Source: Schmidtea polychroa (taxonomy: Eukaryota). Taken from it: 64,000 nt of DNA. The stretch is from positions 107,322,001 to 107,386,000 of the forward strand of contig CM097886.1 in assembly GCA_044892525.1 (NCBI GenBank). The letters are read 5' to 3'. Position 1 is the first letter of the stretch. Every line of letters starts with the position of its first letter. The notes under the pieces are model-generated. The model saw only the letters and a program-made list of their open reading frames with translations. It was not told the origin of the DNA and did no database searches. This document shows positions 48,409 through 62,084 of the stretch, one piece after another. A program made the translations under genes and the position numbers.

Positions 48409-49677
48409 GACTGGTTCTTGTAACTCTATTGTTTCTTTTAAATTTTCCAGCGGTGTCGCTAAATTATGGACGGATAATTCTTCGGTTGACCCGGTTAGGT
48501 TGTTTGTTATATCGGATAGGCTTTCTCTGCTTCTAGATCGACTAGGGGTGTATCCGAGGTTTTCTTGGTCAAATGTTGGTACTTGATTTGTTCTTTTTGC
48601 TCCTTGTGATCTTCCTCTTTGCTGTTTTATGGATCGTCCTCTTCTGAGCTGTTCTAGTTCGTCTCCTGAAATTAATACGTCTCTTGACTTACTTGAGGAT
48701 CTGAGATTTAGTTTCTCCGTGATTTCTTCTTACGCCTCTTTATCGTCTCTTATGGATTTCTCGGCAATTATCGGCTGCTGACTTGAGCGAATTCGGTTTT
48801 GTCGGTGTTCCGAGTCCTTGGCAATTGGTTGTTAGCGTTATGAGACGTCTTCCGTTCTTGGAATCTTCGGGTTGTGTTACTCCTACTGAGCGGGTTCTGG
48901 ATTGGTTATTTCTAGTTGGTCGTTGATTTCTTCGAATTCCTTTGTGCAGGTTCTGGATTGGCTTGATTGACTGGATTGGTTTGGTATCTAAAATGAAAAA
49001 ATGATCTCGTGTTGCATCTGCTCACACGACTTCATCATTCTTTCTTCAACATTCAAACACAGACACCGTTTAGGGCCTCTGTTATGCTTCTCTTTATTTC
49101 CCCATACAATTTCTCGTGGATTATAGTTACCCATCAACCCATAATTTTCGTCGATTTTAAATTATCTATTTAGGGTAGTAATAATTATCTATATGGTCGT
49201 ATGAATTATCTATAATTATCATTTATAATATCGATAGGTCGTTGTCAGTTACTGCTTATCACCCCCCATATTCTCTTAATCCTTTTACGCGGTTCCGCTA
49301 TTTTACTTAGTCTTCCGTCTCTGTTCCCTTTTACTCGGTTCTACTCTGAACCAAAAAAAAAATCAGATTCGTTTATCCAGTTTAAACCAAAAATTCTGTA
49401 GACTTTTGTCTACTTACTTGGGATCCCCTTTAATTAATTAATTATCTTCCTTTTTACTCGTCATTTATTCCCACTTATTCTCTACTTTTACTATCTCCTC
49501 AATTCATTTTCCTTTTCTGATTCTCCTTTTCTACTAAAAGGGTTTTACTTTCATCTTCTACGAGCTCGTTTAATCCTTTCTAAATTCGACTTCTCGTATC
49601 CCAATTCAATTCGTTTCTAGCTAGCTTAATATTCTATCTCATTATCAACTTAAATATTATCCAATCATTTTCTAGGC

Positions 49678-50112
49678 CTTTACGACTGGCTGGCACTTTT
49701 CAACAGCTCAATCTTCTTCCTTCTGACCGGTTGGACTATTCGACAACTCGATCTTACGACTGGCTGGCACTATTCAACAGCTCAATCTTCTTCCTTCTGA
49801 CCGGTTGGACTATTCGACAACTCGATCTTACGACTGGCTGGCACTATTCAACAGCTCAATCTTCTTCCTTCTGACCGGTTGGACTATTCGACAACTCGAT
49901 CTTACGACTGGCTGGCACTATTCAACAGCTCAATCTTCTTCCTCTCCAAACTGGCTGGACTTTTCACAGCTCAGTTTTTAATTTTTTTTTCCTGACCGGC
50001 TGGACTTCTCGACAGCTCGGCCTTAATATCTCCCGACTGGCTGGACTTTTCACAGCTCAGTTTCAATTTCCCTGGCCGGCGGGACTATTCAATAGCTCGG
50101 CCTTAACATCTT
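49678..50112. repeat. 74-bp tandem repeat, copy 2
   Basis: Same as 23266-23700. Confidence 0.92.
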
Positions 50113-50683
50113 CGACTCTGCATGCTTCTATCTTTTCTTTACCTTTATTCTAGACTGTCATCTCTCCTTTTATTTTTACTTTTTATTTGTCGATCTAATC
50201 TGTGCCGCTTGAGAATGTTTCCCCTTTCCCCCCTTGCTCAAAACGCAAAACGATCGCATTGATCCATTTCTACATTGGTATGGTGATCAGTCATACCGCA
50301 GAAACTTTTCAATATTCGCGATGGTACCTCGCCTTACATCTCTTACTCGGGGTGATCGGTTATCCCTTCCCAACCGGTTTTCGTGTATCGTACCTCCCGA
50401 AGGTGGCTCGGTTTATTCCCCCTTTAATCCTATGTTGGGACTAGCTCCACTTTATTTATTTGTTCAAATTAAATTTATAGATGTTCTCTCTCTATGATGA
50501 AAATTATCATAAAGTTACTGAATTCACAATAAAATGAACACGCAAAACATTCTATTCATTAGTTGGCTTAAATCACATGCAATATACAAATTTACTAGAA
50601 AATTGTTGATACATCAATTAAACATAAAGGATTTAGTCAAATCGTCAATCAGATCAATTCTTTCACCGAGTGCTGCTCGCGTG

Positions 50684-51163
50684 TTAACTGAAGTAAATCG
50701 TGTGCTTCTCCTTTATTGCACATACACATAAAGAACAATCCGTTAAACTGACAGCGCATTCGTCGCAATGGCTAAGGTGTCCACAAGGTAGCATTAGAAT
50801 TCTGGCAGGTCGCGTCTTACAAATGTTACAAGTTCTCAAGGCCGCTGCTTTTTCTATTATCGAGGTTCGTATTCTCTGAGATAGAGTTTTTACTTGTTCG
50901 CGTATTCTCACCTATTCGAGGTTCAGAGCGGGGTCGTCGAGTCGTTGCTGCATCCATTGGTAATGGACAGACAAGTCGGTGTCGGTATTTGTTGACCCCA
51001 ATCTGTCGGTTAGAAAGTTTTGTTTGGATATCAGCGGTGCGTTGTGGCGTTGTTGCTCTAGGGTGTCTATTTGTTGCAGTTTTTCTCTTAACGTCTTTAT
51101 GGAATCGTTTTCTATGTCGACGAACCGGCTTAGTCGTTGTAGGTGTTGTCGGGCTCCTGACAT
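50684..51163 (-). pseudogene. IAP-type RING gene, copy 2
   Basis: Same as 24272-24751. Confidence 0.8.
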
Positions 51164-51570
51164 ATCTAAATAAGTATGTTGTCATTACTCGGTCTCACTT
51201 ACAAAAATAAAAATAATATTATCGTGTTATAATCAATGTTCGTTTGGCTTTGTTCGCCATTGTTTCTAGTTTATGTATTTTATTCAATCTTTAATAATTC
51301 TTTTTAATTTAATTCATTTAAAATTAAACAAAATTAGTCAATTCCCATTTTCTCTTCCCTTCATATTCAATCGCATTCATTCAAACTTATTTAGGTTCGT
51401 TTTTGTTCATAGCATGTTCTATTTTACGCAAAGACAGTTCGCATCATCATCTTAATACACTATTATATCGATTCATTTCAGTCCCGATTCCCTTTTTTAT
51501 TATAATTAATTAAATTGTTAGTCTAACACATCGTAATGCAGTAATAGGCAATCAAACAATTCGAAATCAG

Positions 51571-51588
51571 ATCCCGGCTGAGCCCCCA
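51571..51588 (-). promoter_or_regulatory. Primer-binding site (tRNA-Pro), copy 2
   Basis: Identical to 25159-25176. Confidence 0.85.
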
Positions 51589-51595
51589 AAAATCA

Positions 51596-54500
51596 TGTTG
51601 GCATATGTGGGGAAAAAGAAATTTGTTGCACACATCATCATCTCACATCTCACATACCCTGCATCATTACTCCGCTCAGATACTCCCCATACATACACCA
51701 AATGATCATGTACATATTCCCACGCATGAGCCCGTGGTGATGTTCCACGTTGGTGCTGCTCACACGGGTTGGAAAAGGTTAGCAGGTGAGCCTCTGCCTT
51801 AAGACTACTCCTAACCCTTTCTCGATACGGGTTCTACGGTGCCTTAGAAGGTCTTACCCCGTCCCACATACACAATTCGGTCCGACCCTGGTCCAAGGGG
51901 ACGACCTTGTATTATCACCTACATTCGACATCATCTTTCCACTCGTATCAACTTCGATATCTCACCTGTTAAAATCAATCATCAGAAACAATAAAAGATG
52001 TATTAACTTATAACAAATCATTACACGCAGAATAATCAAGAACTGTTTTACATGTAAACATACAGCATTTATAAACACGCAAGTTCACTTCGGGACCATG
52101 CATAGAACAAGGCACCTTTGAATTGATCAATCGAAGGGTTCTCCATCCGCAAGCATTGCGTCGATATCGACCGGCAGTCGTGGGTTAGAAATGTACTTGA
52201 TGCCTTCTGCCGGTATTACACGAAAGATTTCCTTTGATGGGATGGAATGGCTGGAGGATATTTCTCTTATGGTAGATTGAGCTACAGATAGTGACGCCTC
52301 GAGAGCAGCCATCGCATCTCGGCGTTTCTGATTTTTCTCGGCTCAGGTCGGCCGTTTCCGTTTGCGAGACGACGGGGGATTGTCAGTGTGCGGGGTGACG
52401 ACGGTTGCCCCCAAGATTGGAGCCAAGATGGGCTCGGTAGGTCTACCTACCAAGGGTTGAGAACCCGATAAGATTGGAGCTGGAATGGGCGGTAGGCACG
52501 ATCCATGCCCTTGGCAGCTCGTAGCAGTCGGTTCGGATACTTGATGATGAAGAGGGAAAACGTTCATTTTCTCTATGACGGGAAATTCCCGTACCCGCTT
52601 GGCGAGTTCTGCCTCCGTATAAACCTTGTGGAGGGCTTCTGATTGGGCTTTGATTGTAAGCCGTTGGCATCGGCTTTCCTCCAGCAAGCTATCTCTACAA
52701 TGTTCTAACCGGAGGATTTTCTTTCGTTCCTCCTTCATTTGTGGCGGGGAGAACCACGTGCCTTCGTAAAGGTCGATTCTTTTCTTTAAAGCCCCGATGT
52801 ATAGATGGAGCTGCGCGATATCTGCATTTTTATCCGCGCAGGAGAAACATGGGCGAAGAGTTTTCTCAGCAGTTGTAAAAGTAGTCATCTAAAGAATGAG
52901 AAGTCCTTTATTTACATCATTAAAATCCTTTCTACTATTTATTTTCTTTTTATCGTGAGCTTTATCCTACCACATATGCATACAATCAGGATTGTCCCCC
53001 ACATCCATACCTTTGACATCACTTAACTCATCCAAACCGTAAACCTTCAAATCAACCCATCACATCGTTCGTAATGAAGAGAAAATGAGAACCATCACAC
53101 GTTATTTCTCTACTCATATTGATATTGTACCTAGGTTCCTGGGTCGACAGTTATCATCTAATCGCAATAAGTTACTCCTTACCACGGATATATTTTTTCC
53201 ACTTTTATTTATTATGACCTATTAAGGGTGGGTCTACTCCCTGGTTTTTATGGCTTATTGCGTTATGCCTGCTTTAATTTAAAAGAAGTAGTTCCATACT
53301 GTTGATGCACTTGGCGCTGTATTAAGTTAAAACGAATTTGTTAAAAATTATTATTAGTATTAATTTCCCTCATAAATTATAATTTAATTATTTAAATTTT
53401 CGCATTTCATGTTGTCATAACGACGCGTATCGGTATGTAGTTGTGTACTGGTTTCAGACTCTACCTGATGTGCGCTAATGTGTATTATCTCGTTTTACTC
53501 AATTATCGCTGTCCTCTCTTAACAACTCTAGACATGGTGTCTGTTAGTGTACTTTGATCTCGTCGTTTATTTATGTATGCCTACTAACACATTCTACTAT
53601 GACGCAATGATGATGTCAACTCACACACGTCCCTTGTACTAGTGGATTTATCTGTGTGTGGGTTTGGGCCTACTTATCTCAGTTATAACATTATTAGCAG
53701 ATGGGCTAGACGGATGGAAGATAATGATTCAGGCTTATAGAAGTAACGATTGTTATGATTTCAAGATTGCCCAAATCTGTTACCGGGTAAAAATGGATTT
53801 AACTCCTATCTCTCTCGTGAATGTTGACTATTCTCAAAAACCTAATCGTCTCATCGATTTGGCGCATGTCGTTCCACAATCGAACCGCTGGAATATTTTA
53901 TCTACGCTACTTGCTTCTCTGCAATAGTCGTTTCTCGATCAGATGGAAAATTTATCGATAATTTGTTCGAAATGGTCGATGATAATTTCCTTTAGGACTG
54001 TAATAAGTACCTATGATTAATTAGAACTTTGCTGTTTACTTTCCTGTCAGGACGAATCCTTATCGATGACAGTAGTTAATCGAAGGTTGATAACTAAGTC
54101 TCCTACTCGTCAAATGACATATCACCGCGATGGGTTTACTCGCTAACGTTCTCTTAATTTATCAATTCTTAGGAATATAGAATATTCTAGATTTTTATCA
54201 TTCCTCAAGAAACGAAAATGGACGTTAGAATTATCAGTGAAGTTCGAGAATTTCATTACCCTCAAGGATAGTCGATATTCACATTCTGACGAAAAGAAGT
54301 AACCTAGCTCTGAATTGAATATGGCCGAACTCAAACTCGGATTAAATATCGAAAAATGTCGTCGATCTCCTAGAATTTTCAGTCAGCACGTTGTCGGCAT
54401 CGAAACCAGTATCGTTCAGAAGTTTCCTCAATAGAAAACTTCCGACGGCTAATTTTATGGATATCACTCGATGAAAGGATCATTGACTCGATTCGTTTTC

Positions 54501-55825
54501 TCTCACAGGGTTTCCTCACCCCTCACAACCCACCCAAGGACAGTACGCATTTCTGCCCACTGCCCTTGGACCGTCGTGAAGGACAACTCGACCCGACTTA
54601 TCTCAAATCCTTCTCCAATAAATGTACAATTAATAAATTCATATTACTGTCAAACAAATATGGGAATAATGAAATTAAAAGAAAAATCAAATAAATAAAC
54701 GTTTACCTAGCGACCACGCCATCTGGATTCCGGGTATGATGACTCTTGCCATCGTAAATTTTTACATTCATTAAGTAATCATCATAGTACCCAAGTTCAT
54801 GTAGATCCTTGGCTGGTTCTGTCAATTCAATTTCTGGGTATTCATATTCATAAGTTTTCTCCGAAATGCATACGTAATCCAGCCGCATCATACCCGAACT
54901 TCAAAAGACGTCGTCGCTAGCATCATAGAGAGAAAGCAACATCTTTTGTTTTTAAATATAAATTTTATTGAAACATAAAACGTCTTTTGATATTAAATTC
55001 ATAGTAAACATTAAAATTATCATACTAAAATTCAAAACATAATTTACCAAAATTCTCCGAAGGTGTTGGGATTGAAATCAAAGTTTTGTCAAATTTTTCC
55101 TTAGTTAGACTGGTTCTTCTCAACTGGATTCGATCTCGACTATTATTTGCCTCTAAGTACTATCTGTTATGTCCAAGTATGAATATCGTTCGTAAGTCTG
55201 TGCTCGTGAGTGGTTCCTAGTTTCGTCCTGTAGAGTTTCGGGTTAGAATGATCATGATTTTAAATAAATTTTACCTGTAGAGTTTCGGGTTAGAATGATA
55301 CTCTACAGAGTTTTGTTGCTCTTTATATATTATTTTCCGTCCAATCAGGACACACCTTGCTTGTAATTTTGTTATTTATTATTATTTTATGTTTTTCTTA
55401 TTGTAGTATATTATATTTTAATGACCCTACCTATTTCTATTATTGTTTTATTTATTTTCCTATTTTTTATTATTTTTCTCCTATTTTTCTGTGGTTTTAT
55501 TGCTATTTTATTGTAACTTCATTTTTTGTTTTAATTATCCTTATGGATGATTTTATTTTTATTTTGTTTTCCTTTAGTTTTCGTTTGTTTTCCCTAAATT
55601 TTGTGCCATTTTATTTCTCTTTTACTGTTGTGCTCATTGGGTGCCTTCCCTTTTGTCTTATTTCCCCTTTACAGGTTTTGTTATTTTATTTAGTTATTCT
55701 TGTTTCTTTATGGATGTTTAATTTGTTTCTTCCTATATTTCTCGTAATTTTTATATGTTTTTATTTTATTTACTCTGTCTCTTCCTGGGTTCGTTTTTCC
55801 AACACCTTCAGAGCTTGGCCCAACA
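51596..55825 (-). repeat. LTR copy 3 (5' LTR of the array, 4,230 bp)
   Basis: TGTTGG at 51596 and CCAACA at 55825, then non-repeated flank (taaacaaag...). PBS at 51571-51588. Confidence 0.93.
52127..52888 (-). CDS. LTR-encoded ORF, copy in the 5' LTR
   Basis: Same as 25715-26476; its first 64 nt are also at window 1-64. Confidence 0.6.
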
Positions 55826-56788
55826 TAAACAAAGTTTATTATTTGTTAATACTCGAACCAAAGCAAACAGCACAACGAAATAATAAATACGTTCAATTAG
55901 TCCGATTGGAAACTATTCTCAGAAAGTTTCTTTTCAGCGTTACCCAGCAACTGATCTAGGTCAAACAGGTTAGTTTCTTTCATTTGGCCTGGGGAAAACG
56001 ACATCCCTCAAGTCTGTCGATCTTGGTACGTAACAGTCGATTTTCTTCACGGAGAACAGCGTTTTGCGCGTTCTTTTCAGCGCAAAAAAAAACATGGTTT
56101 CAGCATGGTTTTAGAAGACTCCATTTGTTTTGAGACTAGAAAATATAAAAGGGCCATTAATCCAAAGAAGGTTTGAAACCTTGTAATAAATCAAAAGAAG
56201 ACCGTCCTAAGTGAACGTTACTGTCGCAATTTAGTGTAAACACCCAGGCCCAGTGATGATGAACTTAATAATAATTGAAATGAAGATATTATGATAGTAA
56301 CTCCTAATCGAATAATTACAATAGTTTGTATAATGATATTACTAATACACAGAATAGTTCTTTACCCTAATAATTGTCCAACCCACGGCACTGCGAATAT
56401 TACTGGTATTGAGGATACATAAATAGCAAATAATATAATAAATAAGTAAATTACTTGGGGGAAATCGTCATGACAAACGGGACGATTTAAGGGAACTCGG
56501 AGAAGAAAACGAAAGTAAAAAGAAATTTAAATACGAGAAAGATAAATCAAATAAAAGAAAACAAACAAGAAATTAAAACAAAGGTCAGTTAGATGATGTT
56601 GAGTATTTATTTGATCGTGACTGTGTACCACGAAAGCTCGAGGAAAATAATGATAATGATAATAATGTTACTAATGAAAATAATAACCGCGATATTATCC
56701 ACATCGTTAACAATATTCGTGATAATAATACTATGATCCATAATAATCGCAAAAATAATTATAATGGTGGTAATAAATATAACGATAT

Positions 56789-56915
56789 AACAATAAAGTC
56801 ATAATTTAGGCTTTCGCTGCGAATAATGAAAAAAATTTCGACTATCAGATAGTCGAAAATTTTTTCATTAAATACATTATTCGCAGAAAAAGGCTTAAAT
56901 TATTACTTTATTGTT
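56789..56915. repeat. ~127-bp imperfect palindrome (foldback)
   Basis: Core TTCGACTATC-A-GATAGTCGAA centred at 56847; arms extend to AACAATAAAG...CTTTATTGTT. Confidence 0.8.
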
Positions 56916-57789
56916 TTAATAATAAATGCTGCTACCAAGAAATCAAATATAACGATAATTATGATAATAGTAATTGTTATGTACGAAAATTGTTGTATTA
57001 TAATTGTTGTTTTTTATTGTTACGTTATTAAAGAGAAATTTGTTGCACCAAACAACACCTTTAAAATCTGTATTGGGACTGCTGCGGTGCATGTGTGTAA
57101 GCTAATATTTTATTATATGATATGATTATGAAAAAGTAATAAAACTTGAACAACCTTTATTAAATTAGTAAATAACATACAACCCAATCTGATTTGAAGG
57201 ATGCATAAAAAATTCGCATAACAACACTCTTTCTGTGAATCTTCCAGAATTTTTCCAATAATTTTTTATTTTTCACTTTAGTTTTATTTCCAAGATAGTT
57301 ATTTTTTTATCAATTTTTAATTTAAAATCAAATTTGATTTATAATGAAAACCAATATCGGTCAGTAGTATTTATAAATAAATAAATAAATAATAAATTAA
57401 AATATAAAAATAATCTCCTGTCGGATATTTAAAATGAAACTGAAGATGATTTCAGTGGAGTGTCTTTTCGCATGATTGAAAAAACGCATTGCAAAATTCA
57501 ACTAAATTTATACACATTAATAAAAAAATAATAAATATAATACTTAATTTTCAAACTTAAAAAATAAAATACAGCTTATTTACATTTGTTTGTATTTTTA
57601 ATGTAGGTCTGTGTGGTCTGTGTGTTATAATCAACACTAGATAAAACATAAAAATTGTAAAATTTACCATTGTTTATGTTTAATTTTAGTTGTTTAATTT
57701 CTGTATGTGTTTGGTGTAGGGGTGTTTTATTGGAGGTTTGTGATGGTTCATTGTTGTTGAGTGTAACGTGTCTTTGCTTTGTTTGGTTC

Positions 57790-58400
57790 TCTCTCAATAA
57801 TTTTATATACAGGGTTTTCACTATCTAATGAATTTGGCGTGTTTCTCAATACCAGTAGGATTGTTGATAGTTGTTCTAACCAATTTCTGTCTTCCGCTTT
57901 TGTTCTTATGCTTTAATCATTATGTGTAGCCTTTCAATTTCCCCGAGGATTGTCGGCGGTTGTCCTGTTACTTTTGATATTGTATTTTTGCATAGTATTT
58001 CGAATAGTGGTGATTCAAATTGTCTTTCAGTGATTATAATTTGCTTGACCGTAGTCGGCTATTCAATTAAGTTCTAGGTTGTTGCATATGTTTTTTGCTG
58101 ATATTTCTTTGAGAAGGGCTGCTTCGAACCAGTTGGTTTCCTTTTCTATTATAATGAGCCGGTATTGATAGCCGTTGTTGGCTGCTAGTCGTCCTACTAT
58201 ATCGGTATGTATCATTTCAAATGGTTGGTTGCTTGGAAAATTTACTTTTTTGCTACTAGTTTTTTTGATGTTTTGTTGATTTGATAATTTTTGTACGTTT
58301 TACGAAATTTTTTATTTCTGTTTTCATGTTTGGCCATATGCATTTGTTAAGGATTATTTCCTAAGTGATTCTGTTTTCTGGATGGCTGAGGTTATGTACC
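57790..58400 (-). pseudogene. Decayed Gypsy integrase fragment from a different, older element
   Basis: Translates with stops and frameshifts as HNLSHP...IWPNMKTEIKNFVK, PFEMIHTDIVGRL..NGYQY, WFEAA, RQFESPLF, NWLEQLSTILLVLRNTP. Confidence 0.8.
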
Positions 58401-59076
58401 TTTGAAATGCACTTGTTTCTAAATTCTATTGGTAGTAAATCAATAACCTACTACAGTAGTACGTGTGGCAACTATCTAAATAAAATTTAATAAATTATTA
58501 CTGCCAGGTTGCCACTAGCCCATCAAATTACACGGTTTTATTTTCTAAATGACAAAATTTTTAAAAATTATTTTGTATTTTGGAAATATTGTTAATTTAT
58601 ATTCATTTGTTATCCAATCATACCGCGTTCTTCAGAAAATATTCATTTTCGATTTTTTTAAATTAATTATTTAGTAGAAATTTATTTTGCACTAAAAGGA
58701 AAAAGAACTCAAATTTTGTCATTTTAATCAGAGATAAAATTTATCAATTAAATTTTGAACTAAATCCAAAAAATTTAAGCTAGATATTGGCTATGAGATT
58801 TCCAAGCGCTTTTGTCAGAATATATTATTGTTTCTAAATAGCTTGTCTCAGTTCTCCGTATTTATTTAAATCATTGTAGAAAGCAGACCTGTCAGTAACA
58901 AATAAAACAAAGATATTCAAATCCAGCCTTATTACTGGAAGAAAACGGACCAATCATATCACAAAAAAAAACGAATCCCAATAAAATCTAAAACAATAGG
59001 CAAACGATCAATATACAAATATATTTATAAAAATTTATCGCTAGCTCTGTTGTTAAATATCTGTCAACCAATTTTG

Positions 59077-59940
59077 TTAGCTATTGAGTCGATCATAGCC
59101 CGGGCGTGAATGGTTTCTCAAGTGTGATTTAATATTTCCATAAAGAACTTTTAGCAACGTGGTAAATTTAAATTTCAATTTCTTTTTGTTGCAATAATAG
59201 CAAATATAATAAGCATACGATTCTTTAATTGAATCTGAGTTAAAATGAAATTCCAAATCAAAATTCTCCTTCGGAACTAAATTCAGATTAAAACATTCAT
59301 TTAAAACTTCAGCAATTTCTTCATAATATTTGTCAATGTTTATTTTAAATTCGCCGACTTGGAAATCGTTTGGTTGGTTTGTCAGACCAATCTTATAGCC
59401 ATTATTGTTTATAACTTCCGTATTAGATTCAAATTCCAAAACTTGTGAACTATTTGTTGATTCATCAGGATTTTTTCGAGCTGATATTCTAGAATTATTT
59501 TCGGATATACCAAGTATGTTATCAGAAAATACTAGATTATTATTTGTATTATTCTGTAAGTCAGTTGTATTTTCAAAATCGGATAATTTTTGATATAACA
59601 TATTTTGCATATTGAAAGATTTATGAATTGGATTGTGTGGCGAATTCACTTTAAAATATGATTGTAAAATATCAACAGCTTTTAATAATCTGTTTCGTAA
59701 CCCAGGAGAAATTAAAAAATTTCCAGGACTTAATATATCTGATTCATTTAAATAAAGTTGTCTTAGATTTATTGGCATTAAAGGACATTGGATTTGAATA
59801 TATTTTTCTATTTTATCAACTGTGTTGTTATCAAAATTTAGAAAATCATCCATTAATTCATATTTACATAACTCTAACCAATTTGCCATTTTTGGAAAAT
59901 TACATAAATATGCAATAGCATTAGGAATATCAATATTCAT
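59077..59940 (-). CDS. 287-aa hypothetical protein with C-terminal C2H2/BED-like zinc finger
   Basis: Intact ORF in very AT-rich DNA; CYYC...NIKSHLRNH. The ATG follows TTTTGTAG|GTT, so it may be a downstream exon. Confidence 0.6.
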   Translation of the reverse strand: MNIDIPNAIAYLCNFPKMANWLELCKYELMDDFLNFDNNTVDKIEKYIQIQCPLMPINLRQLYLNESDILSPGNFLISPGLRNRLLKAVDILQSYFKVNSPHNPIHKSFNMQNMLYQKLSDFENTTDLQNNTNNNLVFSDNILGISENNSRISARKNPDESTNSSQVLEFESNTEVINNNGYKIGLTNQPNDFQVGEFKINIDKYYEEIAEVLNECFNLNLVPKENFDLEFHFNSDSIKESYAYYICYYCNKKKLKFKFTTLLKVLYGNIKSHLRNHSRPGYDRLNS

Positions 59941-60539
59941 AACCTACAAAATTTATAAATTAATTATCTTTATAAAATATTACTTATAAATTTCGATTAA
60001 ATTTATTATTATTTAAACAATATTTTATTATAGTAAATTACGCTTATGGATAAATATAATTATTACTATGGTTTAGTTTTAAGTTAATAAAAAATATCCG
60101 TATTATTTATATAAAATTAATACAAAATATAGTCATTAGTAGTAAAATATTCAAAAGCTCAGGTATTAAATTAAATAACAAATGTTGTTTGTCTTAAAAG
60201 GTTAGAAATTGGTTGTTAAAGATTTAATTTATATTTTTCTTAATTTTTTTAAAATTCTAAAATAAAATATAAATAATATGAAAATATAAATAAAACCATA
60301 AAATTATTTTATTTACAATTTTTTTCATTTAATATAATATTAATTTTTCAGGTACTTTTTACTTCTTTATGTAAACCAAACACATTTGAAAACATTATAA
60401 CCGCATTTCAATAATATTTTTAATAATTTTTTTAACCTAGAAAATACATTAAATATATGGTTAAAAATTGATTACAGCTAAAGGCGTCATTCGTGACGAA
60501 CGGCTTAATTACTACAAGGCACAAGGATACCAAACGATG

Positions 60540-60740
60540 ACTCGAATTCAAATATAATAAAATAAAATCAAGTGGGGTCCCCAGAAGGAAATATTTACAA
60601 AAATTTAAAATTAATTAAAAATTAATTATCTAATGGAAAACCCGAGATTTGTGAGAAACCAAAGTGGTCATCAAAAATATTCAATTAAGTCGCGCCAAAT
60701 TTGGGAATAAGGAAAACCCGAGATAAACGGGAATCCATCA
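60540..60740. repeat. Diverged inverted copy of the MITE interior
   Basis: TTCAAATATAATAAAATAAAATCAA.TGGGGTCCC.AGAA...CTAATGGA.AACCCGAG matches the reverse complement of ~63330-63470. Confidence 0.65.
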
Positions 60741-61546
60741 GTAAATTTAATAATTGGGCAAAATTACCACAAAGTAAATAAATTACCCGAAGACCTGAAG
60801 GCTTCAAATTGAAAATAAATTAGATTAACGTGGGAATCCTTGAGAGAGAGGCCAAAAAATGATGAAATCAATTTGAGTACGAGAGAATCTAAATAAAGGA
60901 CGAGTATAAAAGGAGCAGGCAAGTCAACACAATTGCCAATTAGTCGCTGAAATAACTTAATGAATATCAAAATTATTTGAAACAATTTTAGACTTAGTAA
61001 TAGTTAAATCAAGTTGAGTCTTATCGTAACAGAAAGGAAGATCTAAATCGGCAGACTTATCCTTAAGGTGTTTTCAATAATTGTATAGAATAAATAGTGG
61101 TATTAAAAGTGATGCAAAGTGAAATTGTTGTATTAAAGTGTGTGGATAATAAAAATGTAATTGTGGTGATTTTGAATAAACGTTATTGTGTTGTGTTGTT
61201 CGATTTATTTAACTGAGGACACTGAGAAGTCAGATATTGATACTGACTTTCATAAACACCCAACATATTTGGTTATATGTACTACCGATGTGATCGTGTG
61301 AAACCTTTGAAAAATTAATTGGAAAATATGAAATACAATTGACATGATTGACAGTCAATGGAGAGTTTGTTAAAATATTTGAAATATTTAATTGAAAAAG
61401 ATTATACCTATTGAATAATATAATTGTGAAAAGTGATTACGAAAAGTTAATTTTAAAATTGCAATACTTTAAAATTTAAACGAGTAAAACTTGTGTTGAC
61501 CTGGTCATTTTATAAATTCAGAAGCCATAAACAAGTAGAAAATATA

Positions 61547-61950
61547 ATGAGTACTCAAAAACAAACTAATAATACAAATAACAATGATGAAACACCCGCG
61601 TACACTGTTACTACGGAGAACGCAAAGCCAATAATTATGTGATATGCCAAAAATTATCAGTAGATTAGTACAGAGGAGATTCGGTGTAATTTATCGACTT
61701 CATGACAGATTATTGTATGTATGCGACAGATTATGGATAGAGCTTAAATCGATAATGGTGCAAAGATAAAGGAGCAGCCAGAAAAGCGTGGCAACAAATT
61801 GATGAAAGAGCAGTAGCAATTGGCTAGAAAAAGTTGAAGGACGCGCTATCCACGAAATTAATCGAAGATATAAAAAGGATAATGCTACAGAAGTTTTATG
61901 ACCGTATTCAAAAGTCAGAAATGAGTTTGCTTATCATTTAACAACTCTTT
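61547..61950 (+). pseudogene. Decayed Gypsy gag (capsid) fragment running into the assembly gap
   Basis: Broken frames give FMTDYCMYATDYG..., KGAARKAWQQIDE...KKLKDAL...KFYDRIQK. A possible LTR end CCCAACA at 61259-61265 is followed by TGG at 61270. Confidence 0.5.
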
Positions 61951-62084
61951 NNNNNNNNNNNNNNNNNNNNNNNNNNNNNNNNNNNNNNNNNNNNNNNNNN
62001 NNNNNNNNNNNNNNNNNNNNNNNNNNNNNNNNNNNNNNNNNNNNNNNNNNNNNNNNNNNNNNNNNNNNNNNNNNNNNNNNNNNN
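61951..62084. other. Assembly gap (134 N)
   Basis: Run of N. Confidence 1.

Larger units (their letters stand above)
1..55825 (-). mobile_element. Tandem array of a giant Ty3/Gypsy (Metaviridae-like) LTR retroelement; 26,412-bp unit with shared LTRs
   Basis: All ORFs recur at an exact offset of 26,412 bp (e.g. 834/27246/53658). Identity stops after CCCAACA at 55825, where unrelated AT-rich DNA begins. Pol order is PR-RT-RH-IN with Gypsy-type RT (PYKL..., SPW, DYRKLN, MPFGL.NAP..FQ, YIDD) and RNase H motifs. Confidence 0.97.

Noticed and set aside
55986-56250. GGCCTGGG...CCCAGGCC inverted repeat as a MITE
   Set aside because: Only 8 bp, with no clear TSD or second copy in view.
56270-57010. 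AAT-rich stretch
   Set aside because: Degenerate low-complexity microsatellite DNA, apart from the palindrome listed.
57576-57821. 81-aa minus-strand ORF
   Set aside because: Low-complexity tail of the decayed integrase fragment; no independent gene evidence.
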